A stretch of 25,279 bases of DNA, taken from the IMG/VR virus record IMGVR_UViG_3300046006_004850, positions 1 to 25,279 of that record; one strand, written 5' to 3'. The stretch comes from a virus (taxonomy: Duplodnaviria > Caudoviricetes). Below the pieces are notes generated by a model. The model searched no databases. It was given only the letters and a program-made list of their open reading frames with translations, and was not told where the DNA came from. Of this stretch, positions 8,881 through 18,678 are shown piece by piece (the stretch's first letter is position 1; each line of letters begins with the position of its first letter). The position numbers and the translations under genes were made by a program.

Positions 8881-9051
8881 ATGGAAAAACAACAATTATT
8901 CGAACAAATTGAAGGGTTATATACCCAATTTCAAGATGAACATGCAGGTACTACAAAGGCATCAGCTCAACGTGCTAGAAAAGCATTAAGCAGTATCAAA
9001 AAATTAATCTCGGCATACAATAAAGCTTCTGTTACTGAGAGTAAAAAGTAA
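8881..9051 (+). CDS. Histone H1-like (Hc1-family) small protein, 56 aa; not in ORF track
   Basis: Manual translation MEKQQLFEQIEGLYTQFQDEHAGTTKASAQRARKALSSIKKLISAYNKASVTESKK; KA-x-x-x-RARKA core. Confidence 0.75.
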   Translation: MEKQQLFEQIEGLYTQFQDEHAGTTKASAQRARKALSSIKKLISAYNKASVTESKK

Positions 9052-9056
9052 AATAT

Positions 9057-9087
9057 GTGGGGGAGCTTGTCTTCCCCACTTAATTTT
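9057..9087 (+). terminator. Intrinsic terminator
   Basis: GTGGGGGAG-cttgt-CTTCCCCAC followed by TTAATTTT. Confidence 0.75.
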
Positions 9088-9097
9088 CGTACATTTA
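9066..9097 (+). promoter_or_regulatory. Putative promoter (CTTG-N20-TACATTTA)
   Basis: TTCGTACATTTA 9086-9097; upstream element lies in the terminator loop. Confidence 0.6.
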
Positions 9098-9101
9098 CAA
9101 T

Positions 9102-9374
9102 ATGAAAAATCAAGAAACACAGATTATAGAACAAAATATTTTAATTGCTCGTCGTGTACCACCTGGTGATAGATGGCGTTTAGTTGCTAATGAACCTGAT
9201 GGTCAAGTACATAAGACTTTAACTGATACTTTAGAAGCTTATATGACTAAAACAGGATTTAGAGGTGAATATAGATTAGCCCCTTTAAAAGGTGAGTTAT
9301 TTGCTATTTCATCTGAAGAAAAAGAAATAGAAAAACCTAAAGAACAGAAATTTTCAATTTACGGAGAGTACTAA
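9102..9374 (+). CDS. Hypothetical protein
   Basis: 90-aa ORF abutting the clamp loader gene. Confidence 0.7.
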   Translation: MKNQETQIIEQNILIARRVPPGDRWRLVANEPDGQVHKTLTDTLEAYMTKTGFRGEYRLAPLKGELFAISSEEKEIEKPKEQKFSIYGEY

Positions 9375-10283
9375 ATGAAAGAACATAGTTTATTAGTAGA
9401 AAAATATCGCCCTGATAATTTAGAAGGTTATGTAGGTAATGAGAATATCAAAAAAGTTATAGCACAATACTTAACACAAAATGATATTCAAAACCTTATA
9501 TTCTACGGTCCCGCAGGTACAGGTAAAACCACATTAGCTAAAATTATAATCAATAATTTAGACTGCGACCACCTTTATATTAATGCCTCAGATGAAAGAG
9601 GTATTGAAACTATTAGAGAAAAAGTAACTGGTTTTGCAAGTGTAGCTTCATTCAAACCTTTAAAGGTTGTTATTTTAGATGAAGCTGATTTCTTAACAAT
9701 CCAAGCACAAGCATCTTTACGTAATATTATTGAAACGTTTTCACGTACTACTCGTTTTATTATGACTTGTAATTTTGTTGAGCGTATTATTGACCCATTA
9801 CAATCAAGATGTCAGGTTCTTAAAATAGTTCCACCTACTAAAAGTGATGTTGCTAAACATTTAGCTGGTATTTTAACATCAGAAAATATAAAATATACTG
9901 TAGAAGATCTTAAAGTTATAGTAAACCAATACTATCCAGACTTACGTAAATGTATTAATACTTTGCAGTTATCCACGGTAGATAATACAATTGAATTGGA
10001 TACTAATATACTTGTATCATCAAATTATATTGGTAAGGTAATCGCAGAGTTACAAACCCCAAAACCATCATTTAAAAACATTCGTCAAATCGTTGCTGAT
10101 TCGAATACTGATGATTTTGAGGAAATGTATAGAGCATTATATGAGGAATCAAGTAGTTATATGCCTGGTAAAGAGGGTACAGTAGCTATTCTTATAAATG
10201 ATCATCAATACAAAGCAAATTTTAGAATAGATAAAGAAATTTGTCTAATGTCATTAATTCAAAACTTAATAAATAATAAATAA
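9375..10283 (+). CDS. Clamp loader AAA+ ATPase (RFC small subunit/gp44-like)
   Basis: VEKYRP, Walker [17 protein letters not shown], Walker B ILDEAD and SRC motifs. Confidence 0.95.
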   Translation: MKEHSLLVEKYRPDNLEGYVGNENIKKVIAQYLTQNDIQNLIFYGPAGTGKTTLAKIIINNLDCDHLYINASDERGIETIREKVTGFASVASFKPLKVVILDEADFLTIQAQASLRNIIETFSRTTRFIMTCNFVERIIDPLQSRCQVLKIVPPTKSDVAKHLAGILTSENIKYTVEDLKVIVNQYYPDLRKCINTLQLSTVDNTIELDTNILVSSNYIGKVIAELQTPKPSFKNIRQIVADSNTDDFEEMYRALYEESSSYMPGKEGTVAILINDHQYKANFRIDKEICLMSLIQNLINNK

Positions 10284-10292
10284 TAAATAAAA

Positions 10293-10538
10293 ATGGAAAA
10301 ACCACAACAACCACAACTTAACATTGATTTAAAATCAACTACAGGTATTAAAAACTCAGAAGGAAGTAGCTTATTTCAATCTGGAGTAATTCTTAGAAAA
10401 ATCTCTAAATTCATCGCGGGAACAGAAAATGATGCTATCATGCCTATCCCAGTATTTTTTGATCCTACAAATAATAAAATATTAGGAGAAGGTTTACCAC
10501 CTGAATTAAGAGAAGAATTAGCTGACGAATTGTGCTAA
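10293..10538 (+). CDS. Hypothetical protein
   Basis: 81-aa ORF between clamp loader subunits. Confidence 0.7.
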   Translation: MEKPQQPQLNIDLKSTTGIKNSEGSSLFQSGVILRKISKFIAGTENDAIMPIPVFFDPTNNKILGEGLPPELREELADELC

Positions 10539-10951
10539 TGAAAAATGTTTTTGATTGGTTAAAAGAAATCAATACCACCAAATCTGATCCCAATTCCTTC
10601 ACTGAGAAGGATTGGGAGGTTTGGAATAGTTACATGGTACATCGTTTTCTAAGCCAAAATGAAGATTTTTTAGAATTAGTAAATGAGGTCCAAAGATTAC
10701 CACCTCAAAATAAAAAAGAAATTTATTCAATTTATAGAGAATTTATCCCTAAAAATAATAAATGGAGTAAATATATTAAATCAAATATTAAACAACGTAA
10801 TACTGATTTAATTAATCATTTAAAAGATTATTGGATGTGTTCAAGTAAAGAGGTAAAAGATTATCTAGAATTTTTGGGGAACGACGAAGTTCTTCGTATA
10901 TTAACCCATAGAGGAATTGAAAAAAAAGAAATTAAAACATTATTAAAATGA
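10538..10951 (+). CDS. Clamp loader A subunit (gp62-like)
   Basis: VFDWLKEI...NSYMVHRFLS pattern; TAATG coupling gives ATG 10538. Confidence 0.65.
   Translation: MKNVFDWLKEINTTKSDPNSFTEKDWEVWNSYMVHRFLSQNEDFLELVNEVQRLPPQNKKEIYSIYREFIPKNNKWSKYIKSNIKQRNTDLINHLKDYWMCSSKEVKDYLEFLGNDEVLRILTHRGIEKKEIKTLLK
10873..10904 (+). promoter_or_regulatory. Putative intragenic promoter (TTTG-N20-TATATTAA)
   Basis: TTTG 10873-10876, TTCGTATATT 10893-10902. Confidence 0.4.
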
Positions 10952-11172
10952 GACAAATATTATTAAACGCAGTTAGAAGTCATGCTCGGGGACATATTGA
11001 TAAACACGTAGCAAATGTTGAAGTTTATCTTAAAAATCCTACAGGTATTGGAGAACATTCAGATATAGTTGATGCAATCGAAATAGAGTTAAAATATATT
11101 GCTGAGTATCAGGATCAGATTGACATTCTAGATAAATATTTTCCTAACACAACAGATCAAATCAATGGGTAG
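10948..11172 (+). CDS. Conserved phage hypothetical protein
   Basis: ANVEVYLKNPTGIGEHSDI motif recalled from T4-like aquatic phages. Confidence 0.7.
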   Translation: MRQILLNAVRSHARGHIDKHVANVEVYLKNPTGIGEHSDIVDAIEIELKYIAEYQDQIDILDKYFPNTTDQING

Positions 11173-11569
11173 TTCAATAAGTAAATACGAAGAAAATATG
11201 AGTGATAAAGAAATTATCAACAAAACCCAACAAGATCGTAGTATTAAGGATTTTGAAAAAACTTATCCTGAATTAGCGGAAGCATTTAGAGAAATTCAAA
11301 TTGAACAATATACCTTATTTGCATCCAAAATGATGGATTATGGTTTAGGTAATATTGCTTTAGGTTCTGATTTAACTGAAAAAGAAGATGTTGATTTTTC
11401 TATGATGGGAATTTGGTTACGTTGTAATGATAAAGTTAATCGTTTAAAAAATCTCTTAAAACGAAAAGGAGATGCTTATGTAAAAAGTGAACCTATGATT
11501 GATAGTTTTGTAGACATATCAAATTATGGTATTATAGCACAATTAGTCCTTAGAGGACAATGGAAATAA
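11165..11569 (+). CDS. DUF1599 / nucleotide-modification-associated domain 1 (Nmad1)-like protein
   Basis: K-x-x-DYG, R-x-x-DK-x-x-RL and D-x-x-x-D-x-x-NY motifs. Confidence 0.7.
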   Translation: MGSSISKYEENMSDKEIINKTQQDRSIKDFEKTYPELAEAFREIQIEQYTLFASKMMDYGLGNIALGSDLTEKEDVDFSMMGIWLRCNDKVNRLKNLLKRKGDAYVKSEPMIDSFVDISNYGIIAQLVLRGQWK

Positions 11570-11576
11570 TTATATT

Positions 11577-12545
11577 TTGGCAAAAAAATTACCTAAAATA
11601 GTAAGAGAAATTCAAAACAATCCTCCCACTGAGGTAAATTTTGCTTATCAAAAGAATATTTCATATTCACAGATGTCTATTTATAGAAACTGTGCTCATA
11701 GATGGAAACTTCAGTATAAAGATAAAATAAAGCGTTTTACTTCATCTATACACACTGTATTTGGAACTGCTATACATGAATCAATCCAATCTTATTTGGG
11801 TACAATGTATAATACTTCTACTACGGTAGCGGATCAAATTAACATAGAAGATACATTTCAAGCTAATTTTATCAACGAATATCAAAAACAATACAAAGCA
11901 AATAATGGTTCCCATTTTTCATCAGCTGAGGAAATGAGAGAATTTTTTGAAGATGGAGTTGGAATCCTTAATTGGTTTAAAAAAAGAAAAACTAGATATT
12001 TTTCAAAACGTGGTTGGCATTTAGTTGGTTGTGAAATACCTATTGTACTTGCACCAAATAAAATGTATAGTAACGTATTATACATGGGGTTCCTGGATAT
12101 TGTAATGTATCATGAACCTACAAATAAATTCCGTATAATCGATATTAAAACCAGCACTCGTGGTTGGGGAGATAAAGATAAAAAGAATGAAGATAAACAG
12201 TTTCAAATATTATTATACAAAACCTTCTTCTCAACTCAATACAATATTCCTTTAGATGATATCGAAGTTGAATTTTTTATTGTTAAAAGAAAAGTGATGG
12301 ATATGGATGATGAAAAACTTATGTCACCTCATCAAGCATACAGAGTTCAAACATTTTCACCACCAAGTGGTAAAATTAAAATCGGTAGAGCCAAAAGTGC
12401 TATTGATGATTTTATAAGAGATTGTTTTAACACAAATGGGGATATTAAGGAAGCTGAGTATCCTAAAAATATAAGTAAGTTTAGTTGTATGTATTGTCCT
12501 TATAAGGAAGATAGAGAAAATTGTGGAGAGGGTATAATTTACTAA
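11577..12545 (+). CDS. PD-(D/E)XK nuclease, Cas4/AddB-like
   Basis: SYSQ..C, FGTAIHE, GFLD, IIDIKT, Q-x-x-x-Y and C-terminal CMYC-x8-C; TTG start. Confidence 0.85.
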   Translation: MAKKLPKIVREIQNNPPTEVNFAYQKNISYSQMSIYRNCAHRWKLQYKDKIKRFTSSIHTVFGTAIHESIQSYLGTMYNTSTTVADQINIEDTFQANFINEYQKQYKANNGSHFSSAEEMREFFEDGVGILNWFKKRKTRYFSKRGWHLVGCEIPIVLAPNKMYSNVLYMGFLDIVMYHEPTNKFRIIDIKTSTRGWGDKDKKNEDKQFQILLYKTFFSTQYNIPLDDIEVEFFIVKRKVMDMDDEKLMSPHQAYRVQTFSPPSGKIKIGRAKSAIDDFIRDCFNTNGDIKEAEYPKNISKFSCMYCPYKEDRENCGEGIIY

Positions 12546-12590
12546 ACTACTTATATATGTATAGACATAACATATAAACTAATAAAGATT

Positions 12591-12776
12591 ATGAGCACAA
12601 AAACAATGACACTAACTAGTGTAAAAATCCAAAGCGATTTATTTGAAAATTTTAAAATTGAATGTGTAAAACGAAAGTTTTCTTTTCAAAAGCTTGCCGA
12701 TCGGGCTATTTATTTGTACCTTACAGATGAGAATTTCCGTAAACAAGTTACAAATCAAACTAATACTGAACTATAA
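12591..12776 (+). CDS. Small putative ribbon-helix-helix DNA-binding protein
   Basis: LTSVKI beta-strand followed by two predicted helices. Confidence 0.5.
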   Translation: MSTKTMTLTSVKIQSDLFENFKIECVKRKFSFQKLADRAIYLYLTDENFRKQVTNQTNTEL

Positions 12777-12787
12777 ATTAAAAATTA

Positions 12788-14242
12788 ATGAATCAAAGTT
12801 TTGAATCTCTTCCTAGAGAAAAAAGAAAAAAAATCCTACTAATATGTGATGATATTAGAGTACACTCGGGTGTTGCTACTGTAGCCAAAGAAATTGTAAT
12901 GCATACCGCTCACCATTTTAATTGGGTAAATATAGCAGGTGCTATTTCACATCCAGAAAAAGGTAAAAAAATGGATCTTAGTGTGGCCGTTAATAATGAA
13001 ATGGGTATGGAAGATTCTTCTGTGTTCTTATATTGTGTAGATGGATATGGTTCAGTACAGGATGTTCAAAACATTCTGGCAATGGAAAAACCAGATGCAG
13101 TAATGTTAATTACAGATCCAAGATACTTCCAACATATTTTTAATATGGAAGATCAAATTCGTAAAATATGTCCTATTACTTATCTAAACATTTGGGACGA
13201 TTATCCAGCTCCAAGATATAACCAACCTTACTATGAAGCTTGTGATTTATTAATGGGTATATCAAAACAAACAGTTAATATTAATAAATTAGTATTAGCC
13301 GATGTTAATAATGATAAAAGAGTATTTAGATATGTTCCTCACGGTTTAGACCATACTCATTTTTATCCAATCAATGAAGGCCATGAACAATATAAAGAAT
13401 ATTTAGATTACCGAAACAAAACTTTATTTAAAGGTGAAGAAGTAAACTTTGCATTATTCTTTAATTCAAGAAACATTCGTAGAAAACAAATTCCAGATGC
13501 AATGATGGCTTTTAGAGCATTCTTAGACTCATTGCCTTATGAAGAAGCATTGAAATGTAGGTTTGTTTTACATACTGAACTAGTTTCAGACCATGGTACC
13601 GATTTAACTAAAGTAAAAGAATATTTGTTTGATGAGAATTATAGTAAATGTATTATTTTCTCTCAAAATAAACTTGATAGAAAAACATTAAATTTCCTTT
13701 ATAACATAGCTGATGCTCAAATCTTACTTACTTCTAATGAAGGTTGGGGGTTAACAATTACAGAAGCTATTTTAGCAGGTACTCCTATTATTGCAAATGT
13801 AACAGGTGGTATGCAAGATCAAATGAGATTTGAAGATGAGAATGGTAAATGGTTTACTCCATCTCCAGAAATCCCTTCAAACCATAGAGGTACATTTAAG
13901 AAACATGGTGAATGGGCTTTCCCAGTTTATCCAACTTCAAGATCAATTCAAGGTTCGCCTCCAACACCTTACATTTATGATGACAGATGTACTTGGGAAG
14001 ATGCTTGTGATAGAATTAAAGAAGTATATGCTTTACCTCGTGATGTAAGAAAAGCAAAAGGATTAAAAGGTAGAGAATGGGCTTTAAGTGATGAAGCAGG
14101 TTTTACAGCTAAACATCAAGCTGACAGAGTAATGGAAGCATTTGATGCTTTATTTAAAGTATGGACACCAAGAGAGAATTTTGAAATTGTAAATGCTACC
14201 GAGTATAAAGGTAAATTTTTAAACCATAAAATAGTATATTAA
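12788..14242 (+). CDS. GT-B glycosyltransferase (GT4-like)
   Basis: HSGVATV, RNIRRKQIP, EGWGLTITEAILAGTPII motifs. Confidence 0.88.
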   Translation: MNQSFESLPREKRKKILLICDDIRVHSGVATVAKEIVMHTAHHFNWVNIAGAISHPEKGKKMDLSVAVNNEMGMEDSSVFLYCVDGYGSVQDVQNILAMEKPDAVMLITDPRYFQHIFNMEDQIRKICPITYLNIWDDYPAPRYNQPYYEACDLLMGISKQTVNINKLVLADVNNDKRVFRYVPHGLDHTHFYPINEGHEQYKEYLDYRNKTLFKGEEVNFALFFNSRNIRRKQIPDAMMAFRAFLDSLPYEEALKCRFVLHTELVSDHGTDLTKVKEYLFDENYSKCIIFSQNKLDRKTLNFLYNIADAQILLTSNEGWGLTITEAILAGTPIIANVTGGMQDQMRFEDENGKWFTPSPEIPSNHRGTFKKHGEWAFPVYPTSRSIQGSPPTPYIYDDRCTWEDACDRIKEVYALPRDVRKAKGLKGREWALSDEAGFTAKHQADRVMEAFDALFKVWTPRENFEIVNATEYKGKFLNHKIVY

Positions 14243-15516
14243 TGAATAAGCCAAGTTTTGTAATCAGTTGCCCAATAGATACTTACAGTGGATATGGAGC
14301 ACGAGCACGTGATATTGTAAAAGCAATTATAAACACAGAAAGGTATGATGTTAAAATCTTACCACAAAGATGGGGAGATACACCAACTAATTTCCTACAA
14401 GATAATAAGGAATGGGATTTTTTACTTCCATTTGTATCACAACAACTAACAGCTCAGCCTGATATTTGGATGCAAATTACCATTCCAAGTGAATTTGTAC
14501 CTCAGGGAAAATATAATATTGGTTGTACAGCAGGAATTGAAAGTACTGGATGTGACCCATCTTGGATTGATGGTTTAAATAGAATGGATATGAATTGGGT
14601 TTCTTCAAATCATAGTAAAAAGGTATTTAGTGAAATAAATTTTGAAAAAAGAGATCAAAATACTAATCAACCTATAGGAATAACTAAACTGGAAAAACCA
14701 ATTGAAGTTGTATTTGAAGGAATTGATTTGAATGTATACAAACATATTCCAAACGAAGATATCACTCTTAATTTAGATGCTATTAAAGAATCATTTTGTT
14801 ATCTATTTGTAGGACATTGGATGCAAGGGGCTTTAGGCCATGATAGAAAAAATGTTGGTTTAACTATTAAATACTTCTTTGATGCCTTTAAAAACCAAAA
14901 ATCCGCTCCTGCATTAATTCTAAAAGCATCAACTGGTAGAAACAGTTATATGAGTAGAGAAGCTATTTTAGATAGAATTAATTCCATTAAATCTTTATAT
15001 AAAAATGATACTTTACCAAATGTCTATATTTTAAACGGTGGACTTTCAGATGTAGAAATGAATGAATTATATAACCATCCAAAAGTAAAAGCTATGGTAA
15101 GTTTTACTAAAGGAGAAGGATATGGTAGACCTTTATCTGAATTTGGTTTAAGTAAAAAACCAATTATTGCCTCAGGGTGGTCAGGACATTTAGATTTTTT
15201 AAATCCTCAAAATACAGTTTTACTTCCAGGACATTTAGAAAATGTAGATAGTAGTGCTGCTAATCAATGGTTAAGAAAAGATACTCAATGGTTTCAAGTA
15301 AGTGAAAAATTTGCTGTTTCTGCTTATAAAGATGTTTACAAAAACTATAAGAAATTTGGAGAAATGGGTAAAAAACAAGGATTTTATGTTAAAACAAATT
15401 TTAGTTATGAAAAAATGGCTGAATTAGTAGATAAACTTTTACTTAATACAGTTCCTAAATTTCCTAAGCATGTAGAATTAGTTTTACCAACTTTAACAAC
15501 ACCAAAACTACAATAA
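14242..15516 (+). CDS. GT-B glycosyltransferase (GT4-like)
   Basis: SGYG, DRKNVG, GEGYGRPLSE, PIIASGWSGHLDF motifs. Confidence 0.85.
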   Translation: MNKPSFVISCPIDTYSGYGARARDIVKAIINTERYDVKILPQRWGDTPTNFLQDNKEWDFLLPFVSQQLTAQPDIWMQITIPSEFVPQGKYNIGCTAGIESTGCDPSWIDGLNRMDMNWVSSNHSKKVFSEINFEKRDQNTNQPIGITKLEKPIEVVFEGIDLNVYKHIPNEDITLNLDAIKESFCYLFVGHWMQGALGHDRKNVGLTIKYFFDAFKNQKSAPALILKASTGRNSYMSREAILDRINSIKSLYKNDTLPNVYILNGGLSDVEMNELYNHPKVKAMVSFTKGEGYGRPLSEFGLSKKPIIASGWSGHLDFLNPQNTVLLPGHLENVDSSAANQWLRKDTQWFQVSEKFAVSAYKDVYKNYKKFGEMGKKQGFYVKTNFSYEKMAELVDKLLLNTVPKFPKHVELVLPTLTTPKLQ

Positions 15517-15517
15517 T

Positions 15518-15958
15518 ATGCAATACGATGAAATTATAAATTGTCCTAAATCCGGGGGTGATTTATGTTATAAAATCCAAGTAAATGAAGATATAATTAA
15601 TTATTTTAGTTTATCTTGTGGGTTTTGGACTAATACATTAATGATACCCGGGACTGAATTTTATGAAGAACAAATGTCAGTTTTACCTGAACTTCATAAA
15701 GCTATATCTTGGATTGATCCATCTACTGAATTAGTTTGGATTCCAAATACTATTAATGAACCAACCTTAGGGATGGTATTTGCTGAAGGTAATAGTGCTG
15801 ATAACTGGGCTTGGGCTTCAGTTAGAACTAGAGAATTAAGTGAAGAAGAACAAAAAGAAACAGGTTTAACTCATAAACCCGATATGACTACCAAACAAAA
15901 TTTTGGAGAGCGTGATTATCTAGATGCTCTTTCGTATATTGGGGTATTACCAGAATAA
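15518..15958 (+). CDS. Hypothetical protein
   Basis: 146-aa ORF, N-terminal Cys residues. Confidence 0.7.
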   Translation: MQYDEIINCPKSGGDLCYKIQVNEDIINYFSLSCGFWTNTLMIPGTEFYEEQMSVLPELHKAISWIDPSTELVWIPNTINEPTLGMVFAEGNSADNWAWASVRTRELSEEEQKETGLTHKPDMTTKQNFGERDYLDALSYIGVLPE

Positions 15959-15961
15959 ATT

Positions 15962-16591
15962 ATGAAGATAAGTTACGGCATAACAGTATGTAATGAGGAT
16001 AAAGAACTTCAATATTTAATTGAATTTATTAGCCCCATAATAGATAAAGAAGATGAAATTGTAATTGTTTATGATAACAATAGAGTTACTAAAGAAGTAT
16101 TAGATATATTAGAATACCATCAAGATAAGGTAATAGCTTTTCCATTTGATTTTCAACAGGATTTCTTAGAAAATAAGAATTATATGAATTCTAAATGTAC
16201 AGGAGATTACATATTTCAGATAGATGCTGATGAAATCCCATCAGAGATTTTAGTACTTAATTTAAAAGCAATACTAGAATCAAACCCAGTAGATGTTTTT
16301 ATTATCCCTAGAGTTAACTTAGTCAAAGGTCTTACTCAAGAACATATCAATAAATGGGGGTGGAATGTAAATGAAAAAGGATGGGTTAATTGGCCTGACC
16401 AACAGAAAAGAATATATAAAAACGATTCTGTGATAAAATGGTCAGGACATAAAATACATGGGATGGTAGAAGGATATAATTCTTATGCTTTTCTCCCTAC
16501 TGAAGAAATTTATTGTATCTATCATAATAAAGAAATTAAAAGACAGGAACAACAAAATGAAAGATATGCACAAATACAAAAAACATTATAA
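15962..16591 (+). CDS. GT-A glycosyltransferase (GT2-like)
   Basis: ISYGITVCNE, DXD motif in IDADE, WPDQQKRI. Confidence 0.85.
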   Translation: MKISYGITVCNEDKELQYLIEFISPIIDKEDEIVIVYDNNRVTKEVLDILEYHQDKVIAFPFDFQQDFLENKNYMNSKCTGDYIFQIDADEIPSEILVLNLKAILESNPVDVFIIPRVNLVKGLTQEHINKWGWNVNEKGWVNWPDQQKRIYKNDSVIKWSGHKIHGMVEGYNSYAFLPTEEIYCIYHNKEIKRQEQQNERYAQIQKTL

Positions 16592-17386
16592 ATGGTAAGT
16601 TTAATTATTCCCTCATATAGAAATCCTGAATGTTTAGATCTATGTCTAAAATCAGCACTAGAAGGACAAGTTAACAATAATCAGATAGTAGTAGCTATAG
16701 ACGGATTTATTGAAGAAAGTCAACATATATTAGAAAAATATAAAGATAATATATCATTACTTGATTTAGGTCATAATCAGGGTATGCAACAAGCACTTAA
16801 TTTGGGTGTAATGAATGCTATTAATGAACGGATTGTTATTATTAATGATGACAATGTATTATGTAAAGATTGGGATATTATTATAGAAGAAGATTTAAAA
16901 CCAGGAAATGTATTGACTATAAATCAAATAGAACCATACGCAGGTATATTTGGTTTTCCTGTAGGTGATTTTGGTACAAACCCTAAAGAATTTAAATATA
17001 ATGAGTTTATTGAATATGAATTATCTCTTAGAGAAGATAAATTTTCTCCCGATGGTGGAATATTTCCATTTGCTATGTGGAAAAAAGATTATATGATTGT
17101 AGGAGGATTTGATACTTTATATAATTCTCCTTTTATTTGTGATTGGGATTTCTTTCTTAAATTAGAACTAAATGGGTTAGATTTTATTAAAACTCATAGA
17201 GCTCATTTCTATCATTTTGTAAGTATGGCAACTAAAAAAGGAGTTAATAAAGAGGAAATGATAGCATCGGAAAATCCTGCTGTACAAATATTTAAATATA
17301 AATGGGGTATTTCTCCACAATTATTTGCTAATAATTCCCATAACCCTAAAAATGGAATTCAAGTTAAGGGTATAAAATTTAATTAA
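16592..17386 (+). CDS. GT-A glycosyltransferase (GT2-like)
   Basis: SLIIPSY, ALNLG, INDDN, GGFD and DWDF motifs. Confidence 0.88.
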   Translation: MVSLIIPSYRNPECLDLCLKSALEGQVNNNQIVVAIDGFIEESQHILEKYKDNISLLDLGHNQGMQQALNLGVMNAINERIVIINDDNVLCKDWDIIIEEDLKPGNVLTINQIEPYAGIFGFPVGDFGTNPKEFKYNEFIEYELSLREDKFSPDGGIFPFAMWKKDYMIVGGFDTLYNSPFICDWDFFLKLELNGLDFIKTHRAHFYHFVSMATKKGVNKEEMIASENPAVQIFKYKWGISPQLFANNSHNPKNGIQVKGIKFN

Positions 17387-17401
17387 AAATTTATTAAAAT
17401 T

Positions 17402-17992
17402 ATGATTTACGATTTAGAAAAACAATTTGAAAACTTAAATAATATCCCTTCAGATATTAATGAACATTTTCCTGCTATGTTAAAATATGGTTCGGAGTGT
17501 AATCATATTACTGAAATGGGAGTAAGAGGAATTTGCTCTACTTGGGCCTGGTTAGCTTGTGAACCTAAAGATGCCTTATATTGTTATGATTTACATAACC
17601 CCTCAACTTGGGGTGGAGATATCCAACCATTAATTGATACTGCTAACTTCTATGGTATAAATTTTAAATTTATAGAAGCTAATGTTTTAAATATAGATAT
17701 TGAACCCACAGATTTATTATTTATTGATACCTGGCATGTGTATGATCAATTGAAAGCTGAACTTGCTAGACATCACAAACAAGTAAAAAAATATATTTGT
17801 TTCCATGATACAACTACTTTTGCACATCGTGGTGAGGCAACAACTTCACATCATGATTTCCATGGTGAACTTACACCTAATAAAGGTTTATGGGATGCTG
17901 TTACTGAGTTCTTGGATGAATATAGTGATGAGTGGGAATTAGTTGAAAGATTTGAAAATAACAACGGATTTACAATTATAAAACGTAAATGA
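17402..17992 (+). CDS. Class I SAM-dependent methyltransferase (Methyltransf_24-like)
   Basis: EMGVRGICST, DLLFIDTWH and FHDT motifs. Confidence 0.75.
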   Translation: MIYDLEKQFENLNNIPSDINEHFPAMLKYGSECNHITEMGVRGICSTWAWLACEPKDALYCYDLHNPSTWGGDIQPLIDTANFYGINFKFIEANVLNIDIEPTDLLFIDTWHVYDQLKAELARHHKQVKKYICFHDTTTFAHRGEATTSHHDFHGELTPNKGLWDAVTEFLDEYSDEWELVERFENNNGFTIIKRK

Positions 17993-18678
17993 GAATTATC
18001 TACCGAATTTCAGACAATGGTTATAATAAAATAAAACCTGATTATATTAATAATGAATTATGTCTTAAAAATGCATCTGAGGTATTTACCGATGCAATTT
18101 GGAGTATAATAGCAGATAATACTTCAGAAATAACCAATGACATGATTCAAAAATACATTACTAGGGATGCTATTTCATATGCATCCCAAGGTAATGGTGC
18201 TGCTACTTTTAATTTAGCTTTAAATGAAGCACTAACATATGATGATGATGAAATCATTTATTTTATTGAAAATGATTATCTTCATAAACCAAATAGTCAA
18301 AAAATTATTGAAGAGGGTTTGAGTTTAGGAGCTTCATTCGTATCATTATATGATCATCCTGATAAGTATTTAGATCCTTCTAAAGGAGGAAACATATACT
18401 GTGGGGGAGGAGCAGAGGATACTAGAGTATATTTAACTGAAAGTACACATTGGAAAATTACAAATAGTACTACAATGACTTTTGCTGCTAAAGTAAGTAC
18501 ATTAAAGGAAAATGAAGAAATCCTAAGACATCATACATCAGGAACTCATCCAAATGATTTTCAAATGTTTTTAGAGTTAAGAGCAAATAATAAATTATTA
18601 GTTACACCTATACCAGGTTATGCTACACACGGTGAAACAGCTTGGTTAAGCCCATTAATAGATTGGAATAAAATATGA
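17989..18678 (+). CDS. Putative GT-A fold glycosyltransferase
   Basis: IIYFIENDYLH (DXD-like); operon context. Confidence 0.6.
   Translation: MRIIYRISDNGYNKIKPDYINNELCLKNASEVFTDAIWSIIADNTSEITNDMIQKYITRDAISYASQGNGAATFNLALNEALTYDDDEIIYFIENDYLHKPNSQKIIEEGLSLGASFVSLYDHPDKYLDPSKGGNIYCGGGAEDTRVYLTESTHWKITNSTTMTFAAKVSTLKENEEILRHHTSGTHPNDFQMFLELRANNKLLVTPIPGYATHGETAWLSPLIDWNKI

Noticed and set aside
1906-14048. Alternate-frame + strand ORFs 1906-2259, 8153-8356 and 13830-14048
   Set aside because: Nested in MazG, GroEL and a GT; Leu/Lys-rich composition typical of off-frame reading of AT-rich codons
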